IMG/VR virus record: IMGVR_UViG_3300030085_003924
Coordinates: 1 to 64,000 of that record
Reading direction: 5' to 3' (one strand)
From: an uncultured virus (IMG/VR IMGVR_UViG_3300030085_003924)
Taxonomy: Duplodnaviria > Heunggongvirae > Uroviricota > Caudoviricetes
DNA: 64,000 bases
The notes under the pieces are model-generated. The model saw nothing but the letters and a program-made list of their open reading frames with translations, was not told where the DNA came from and searched no databases. The position numbers and the translations under genes are program-made. Below are positions 59,008 to 64,000 of the stretch, in pieces; the stretch's first letter is position 1, and every line of letters begins with the position of its first letter.

Positions 59008-59990
59008 AGAAAAAAGCGTTTATAACAGGTATATCTGGTCAAGATGGTAGTTATCTTGCAGAATTACTATTGGAAAAAGATTATGAGGTCTATGGTATAA
59101 TCCGTAGAAACTCCACACCCGAACACCAAGAAAGTAGAATTGACCACTTGGTTGGGAATGGAGTAGAAACAGAGTATGGTGATTTACTTGATGTAAGTTC
59201 ATTAGAGAGAATGATACGAACAATACAACCTGATGAAATATACAACATAGCAGCACAAAGCCATGTTAGAATCAGTATGGATATTCCACAATTTACAGTT
59301 CAGGCTAACTGCCTTGGGTTATTGAATGTATTAGAGGCATATAAAAACAATTGTCCTACCGCAAGATTTTATCAAGCATCATCATCTGAGATGTTTGGTC
59401 GTTCAGTTGATGAGGATGGATATCAAAGAGAAACCACACCTATGCATCCTACAAGTCCTTATGGATGTACAAAAGTATTTGGATTCAATATGGTAGTTCA
59501 TTACAGACACGCCTATAAATTATTTGCATCAAATGGTATTCTATTTAATCACGAATCACCAAGACGAGGTTCTAATTTTGTAACCAACAAGGTTGTTAAA
59601 TGTGCTGTTCAAATTAAACACGGATTACGAGACAAGTTACCACTTGGTAATTTAGAAGCATATCGTGATTGGGGACATTCAAAAGATTATGTTAGAGCCA
59701 TGCATATGATTATGAATCATACAGAACCAGATGACTTTGTATGTGCTACAGGTCAGAGTAGGTCGGTAGGAGATATGTGTGAGTATGTATTTTCAACTCT
59801 TGGATTAGATTACAAAGACTATGTAACTGAAGATCCAAGATTCATGAGAGCAGAAGAATTAAAATATCTTAGAGGTGACTCTACTAAACTCAGAGAAACC
59901 TTTGGATGGGAGCCAGAATATACATTTGAAACCTTGATGGATGAGATGATAGAACATTGGGAAAAAATATACGATTTTGGGAATAAATAA
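59004..59990 (+). CDS. gmd: GDP-mannose 4,6-dehydratase
   Basis: ITGISGQDGSYLAE, AAQSHV, YQASSSEMFG, SPYGCTK, NGILFNHESPRRG, RDWGH. Confidence 0.96.
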   Translation: MKKKAFITGISGQDGSYLAELLLEKDYEVYGIIRRNSTPEHQESRIDHLVGNGVETEYGDLLDVSSLERMIRTIQPDEIYNIAAQSHVRISMDIPQFTVQANCLGLLNVLEAYKNNCPTARFYQASSSEMFGRSVDEDGYQRETTPMHPTSPYGCTKVFGFNMVVHYRHAYKLFASNGILFNHESPRRGSNFVTNKVVKCAVQIKHGLRDKLPLGNLEAYRDWGHSKDYVRAMHMIMNHTEPDDFVCATGQSRSVGDMCEYVFSTLGLDYKDYVTEDPRFMRAEELKYLRGDSTKLRETFGWEPEYTFETLMDEMIEHWEKIYDFGNK

Positions 59991-60000
59991 GGATATATAT
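59973..60000 (+). promoter_or_regulatory. Class B promoter-like motif
   Basis: GATTTTG-13 nt-ATATATAT immediately upstream of ATG 60005. Confidence 0.45.
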
Positions 60001-60004
60001 TAAT

Positions 60005-60835
60005 ATGAAAGAAAAGGTTTTAGTAGTAGCTCCAACAACTGCAAGTAGATTACCATTATTAAAAGAGGTTTTAGGAAAATTATATGACAATACTAATTTA
60101 GACATTAAAACTATTGTTGTAAAGAATGGTACTTATTCAGATGAAGAATATCAGAATTTTGATTTTGGATTACCCAATATAATAAAAACCACTTCAGAAC
60201 CTGGTGGACATATATCACATGCTATGAATGTTGGTATGGAATATATGACAGACGAGGATTGGTTTGTATATCAAGAAGATGATATAGTGTTTCAAAATGA
60301 AAAGTGGTTAGAAAATATGATTTCCATATACAAGACTATCGATAATTGTGGTGCCTTTGGAACAAGACTTCATGGACAACAAAGACAATTTACTAATACA
60401 TCAGAGTCTTTGAAAAAGAAAGATGATGATACATTCGAGGTTTATTGGTCAGACGGGTTTACTTTAATTAGTGGTGATATAATTAGGAAACATAATTTAA
60501 GGTATGATGAACATATGATGACCGTTCCAAATGCATGTATTAACTTACAATTAATCGAATTGGGTTATGAAAATTGGAGAACAGAGTTAGAATATGTCCA
60601 TCATCACATTGGTGGAGATAGAACTGGTACACCCAAATGGAAACATGCTGATGTACCGATACATATGAAACGAGGTGATTGTCAGATTTACCTAAAGTAT
60701 AATGGATGTGGTATTGAGAAAATACAAGATTGGGTTAATATGGATACTATTAAGGCCAGAGATTGGTTAATATCAAAAGGTAGAGATAAAGAAGATTATC
60801 AAACTTTTGAGTTGAATGAGGAGAACTATGTATAA
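60005..60835 (+). CDS. GT2-like glycosyltransferase
   Basis: VLVVAPT, AMNVGM, WFVYQEDDI. Confidence 0.7.
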   Translation: MKEKVLVVAPTTASRLPLLKEVLGKLYDNTNLDIKTIVVKNGTYSDEEYQNFDFGLPNIIKTTSEPGGHISHAMNVGMEYMTDEDWFVYQEDDIVFQNEKWLENMISIYKTIDNCGAFGTRLHGQQRQFTNTSESLKKKDDDTFEVYWSDGFTLISGDIIRKHNLRYDEHMMTVPNACINLQLIELGYENWRTELEYVHHHIGGDRTGTPKWKHADVPIHMKRGDCQIYLKYNGCGIEKIQDWVNMDTIKARDWLISKGRDKEDYQTFELNEENYV

Positions 60836-61998
60836 TGGATATTAGAGAAAAACCATTAAAGGTTTTAGGGCCATTTGGAGACAAATCAGATATAGATTCT
60901 ATTGGAGAAGTTATTGAAAGTGGATGGTGGGGAAAAGGACCTAAAGTTCAAGAGTTTGAAGAAAAATTTGCAGAACTTGTTGGTGCAAAACATGCGATAG
61001 CAGTTACAAGTAATTCTCATGGTCAAGATTTGGTTATGAAAGCCATGGGATTTAAAGGTATTGATGTTATCAATCCAACAATATCTTTCGTAGCAACGGC
61101 ACAGATTCCATTGTGGAATGATTGTACTTCCAACATAGTAGATGTCGATTCTGTAAATCTTAACATAACGGCAGAAGAAGTAGAAAAGTGGAAGAAACCA
61201 AATTCAGAAGTTTGTATTGCTGTGAATATGGCTGGGATTCCAGCACCTATTGACGAGATTAGAAAAGTATTTGGTGGATATATTATTGAAGATTGTGCAC
61301 ATAGTTGTTATACAGAAGGTGCTGGTACAAAAGGTGATGTGGCAGTTTGGTCATTTCAGGCAGTGAAAACGATGCCGATTGGTGATGGTGGAATGATTAC
61401 ATTAGATGATGATGATTTGGCAAATAGAATCAGAGAAATGTTATGGTTTGGTGTTTCTTCAACTTGGAGTAGAGCAGCAGATTCGAGTGGTACTCGACCT
61501 GGTTACGCTTGGGATTATCAAGTAGATAAACTTGGGTATAAATACTATATGATTGATATTATAGCAGCTCTCGGTTTATCTCAGATGAAAAAACTACCTC
61601 AATTCTTGGATACTCGTAGACATATACAAAAAAGATATAATGATGAGTTACATCCAATAATCGAAAGACCAGCATATTCTGATACGGTTCAGTACTATTG
61701 TGCTAGATTACCTATGAAGTTTGAAAATATGGCACCTGATGGAAGTGGATATAGCAGAAAAGTGTGTAGAGATGACTTAATTAATTACTTGGCAGATAAG
61801 AAGATACATACATCAGTTCATTTTAAACCTTTACATCTGTATAATTTATTAAAGGATGATACCAAAAGATTACGAGTTGCAGAACAAGAGTGGGTGAAGT
61901 TAATAAGTTTACCTTGTCACAATGGAATGACAGACGAAGATATAGATTATGTAGTTTATTGGGTTAATAAATTTATAGAGGAAGAATATGAAAAGTAG
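60835..61998 (+). CDS. DegT/DnrJ/EryC1/StrS sugar aminotransferase
   Basis: GPKVQEFE, IIEDCAHS, WSFQAVKTMPIGDGGMI, ISLPCH. Confidence 0.92.
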   Translation: MDIREKPLKVLGPFGDKSDIDSIGEVIESGWWGKGPKVQEFEEKFAELVGAKHAIAVTSNSHGQDLVMKAMGFKGIDVINPTISFVATAQIPLWNDCTSNIVDVDSVNLNITAEEVEKWKKPNSEVCIAVNMAGIPAPIDEIRKVFGGYIIEDCAHSCYTEGAGTKGDVAVWSFQAVKTMPIGDGGMITLDDDDLANRIREMLWFGVSSTWSRAADSSGTRPGYAWDYQVDKLGYKYYMIDIIAALGLSQMKKLPQFLDTRRHIQKRYNDELHPIIERPAYSDTVQYYCARLPMKFENMAPDGSGYSRKVCRDDLINYLADKKIHTSVHFKPLHLYNLLKDDTKRLRVAEQEWVKLISLPCHNGMTDEDIDYVVYWVNKFIEEEYEK

Positions 61999-62686
61999 AC
62001 TCATATTAGGTGATGGTAGTTTAGGAACTGAATTAGTCAAACAAACTGGTTGGGATTATATTAGTAGAAAGAAAGATGGTATTGATTTTAAGGATATTAA
62101 AACATATCAAGGCTATATGTTTGGTTATGATGAGATAATTAATTGTATAGCATGTACTAATACTTATGACAAATGGAAAGATGAAAATTGGAATACAAAT
62201 TATAAGGGTGTAGTTGATTTAGTGGATTATCTTGATGGAACAGACACGAAGCTAATTCAGTTTTCTACCGATTATGTTTATGCCCAATCAAAGACAAACG
62301 CCTCTGAAACAGATGTTCCTGTACACAATGGAAATTGGTATAGTTATACAAAGGTAATATCAGAACCATACATAGAATTGAGATTAGACGATTACTTAAT
62401 AATAAGGTCAACTCACAAACCAAGACCTTTTATGTTCGAAAAGGGATTGATAAGTCAAATTGGTAACTTTGATTATATTGATATTGTTTCAAAAATATAT
62501 ATTGATTTGATAGAAGGAGATGCAAAAGGTATTTATAATGTTGGAACTGAATTAAAAACTATGTATGAATTGGGTAAGAGAACTAAGGATGACATCGTAC
62601 CCACTAATGAAAAATTTCACGATACCATGCCATTGGATGTGAGTATGAATTTAACTAAACTAAAGAAGTTTTATGATAAAAAATAA
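61988..62686 (+). CDS. RmlD-like NDP-sugar reductase
   Basis: LILGDGSLGTEL, IINCIACT, FSTDYVY, YSYTK, GIYNVGT. Confidence 0.82.
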   Translation: MKSRLILGDGSLGTELVKQTGWDYISRKKDGIDFKDIKTYQGYMFGYDEIINCIACTNTYDKWKDENWNTNYKGVVDLVDYLDGTDTKLIQFSTDYVYAQSKTNASETDVPVHNGNWYSYTKVISEPYIELRLDDYLIIRSTHKPRPFMFEKGLISQIGNFDYIDIVSKIYIDLIEGDAKGIYNVGTELKTMYELGKRTKDDIVPTNEKFHDTMPLDVSMNLTKLKKFYDKK

Positions 62687-63374
62687 GAAAGTAGCATTTG
62701 TTGTAGCATTACATCAAAGTAAATTACATAGACCTAATGGATTTGAGCTGTTTAATAATTATATTGGTTCTGTATATGATTCGTGTGAATATCCATTTAA
62801 AGTTTTTGCATTTGACAACCAATCCGACCATAAATTTGAAGTAGAAAACCAACCAGATAATTTGACCATAACAAGAGTTGATGACCAATACAAGGGTGGA
62901 TGTACTTATACTTGGAATGAAGGAATTAAACAGGCAATTAAAGAAGATTTTGATGTAGTAATAATAACTTCAGATGACCAAATTTATAATGAATCTGTAA
63001 ACGATTTTGTAGATGTTATATTAACACACGAACTTAGAGACGATGCTATATTTGGCCCGATGTCAAATAATCCAAATAACAATTATCAATTATCTCATGA
63101 ACCAATTGATGATGTGTGGGAGATTTCAGGAAAACCAGAAGATGAACTAAATGGATTCTGTTTGGCAATGACACGAGAGTCTATTGAGAAGAATTACTTT
63201 GATGAGGATGGTAATTTTTTTAACACAGGACAAGAATTTATTTGGGGTAAACAGGATGTTGAAGTCCAGTCGAGAGTTGGGCATTCCATAGTGGTTGGAA
63301 AATGTTATGTTCATCATTATAAACAAGGTGGGTGGAGAGAGATACGAGATGGTTTGAGGATAGATGATGTCTAA
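62673..63374 (+). CDS. GT2-like glycosyltransferase
   Basis: FDNQS, TWNEGIKQA, ITSDD, GPMSN, LNGFCLA, YVHHYK. Confidence 0.75.
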   Translation: MIKNKKVAFVVALHQSKLHRPNGFELFNNYIGSVYDSCEYPFKVFAFDNQSDHKFEVENQPDNLTITRVDDQYKGGCTYTWNEGIKQAIKEDFDVVIITSDDQIYNESVNDFVDVILTHELRDDAIFGPMSNNPNNNYQLSHEPIDDVWEISGKPEDELNGFCLAMTRESIEKNYFDEDGNFFNTGQEFIWGKQDVEVQSRVGHSIVVGKCYVHHYKQGGWREIRDGLRIDDV

Positions 63375-64000
63375 AAATGTCGTGTTCATACCTAATATAG
63401 ATTTAGGTGATGGTAGAAATAAATCCTATAAATACTCAATAGATAGTTGGAGTCATTTCGCTAAGAAGAACGATTGTGAGTTATTGATTTGGGAAGATTT
63501 ATTATTTCCCATAGAACAAATGAAGATAACTTGGCAACGATATTATATGTTTGATATTTTAGAGGCAAATAATATTGATTATGACCAAATTTTAATAGTT
63601 GATGCTGATACAATAGTTCATCCTGATTGTCCTAATTTCTTTACAGAGACAAATGGTAAGTATAGTGTAGTTAGAAATAATGGTAGTTTTGAGTGGACGA
63701 GAAGGTCAATGGATGGATTCTCTAAATTATTATTTGATGGAGAAGTTCCATTTAAAGTGTGGGATTATTTCAATTGTGGATTTCAGATTGTTAATAAAGA
63801 ACACAAGGAGTTTTTTGAATATGTGAGAGATTATTATTTAGAAAACCAAAATAAGATACAAAACGCTATAGAACAAGTTCGAGCTGGTACAGACCAAACA
63901 CTAATCAATTTTTTAATTAGAGAACAGAATGTAGAATTAAATTATTTACCGATAGAATATAATTTACAGGATTTACATTCAAAACAACTACTATTTCTTC
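63364..64000 (+). CDS. GT8/GT34-like glycosyltransferase, runs off the 3' end (not in ORF track)
   Basis: MMSKNVVFIP..., WQRYY, ILIVDADTIVHPDCPNFF, YFNCGFQI, DQTLIN, YNLQ. Confidence 0.8.
   Translation, partial: MMSKNVVFIPNIDLGDGRNKSYKYSIDSWSHFAKKNDCELLIWEDLLFPIEQMKITWQRYYMFDILEANNIDYDQILIVDADTIVHPDCPNFFTETNGKYSVVRNNGSFEWTRRSMDGFSKLLFDGEVPFKVWDYFNCGFQIVNKEHKEFFEYVRDYYLENQNKIQNAIEQVRAGTDQTLINFLIREQNVELNYLPIEYNLQDLHSKQLLFL

Noticed and set aside
671..63389. Short minus-strand and nested ORFs in the ORF track
   Set aside because: All overlap well-supported + strand genes and show no recognisable motifs; treated as shadow ORFs
43140..64000. Ordinary bacterial O-antigen or capsule locus
   Set aside because: No flippase, polymerase, chain-length or initiating transferase genes, and the locus is continuous with phage-type replication genes; a cellular origin cannot be fully excluded because no virion structural genes are in view
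1..64000. tRNA or structured ncRNA genes
   Set aside because: Intergenic gaps are nearly all under about 70 bp and no cloverleaf was recognised by eye

Overview
This 64 kb AT-rich window most likely comes from a large, probably marine, dsDNA phage with T4-like replication genes. About 80 densely packed genes all lie on the + strand, many overlapping at ATGA/TAATG junctions. The core replication scaffold is family B DNA polymerase, sliding clamp, two separated clamp-loader subunits, two ClpP-like proteases, two SPPY amino-methyltransferases, Nmad1, thioredoxin and a PD-(D/E)XK nuclease. Accessory islands interrupt this scaffold and carry about 20 glycosyltransferase-like genes, NDP-sugar synthesis and tailoring enzymes, five radical SAM proteins, Fe/2OG oxygenases, MORN-repeat proteins and host-like genes (TonB-dependent receptor, glutamine synthetase II, porin-like protein, EamA transporter, SpeD). 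Most notable: (1) the polymerase and the two enzymes encoded right after the clamp all end in a PIP-box-like ...FF tail, suggesting clamp-tethered, replication-coupled DNA modification; (2) a tailoring cluster at 29.6-37.2 kb includes a GNAT-QueC-like fusion and an Fe/2OG enzyme with a halogenase-type HxG motif; (3) a radical SAM protein has a CX14CX2C motif; (4) two promoter-like motif classes recur, plus an operator-like 15-mer shared by the clamp gene and an RHH gene; (5) a deletion or misassembly junction at about 12127 truncates two genes. I recognised no tRNA, rRNA, CRISPR array or transposase. All family calls come from motif recognition by eye, not database searches.
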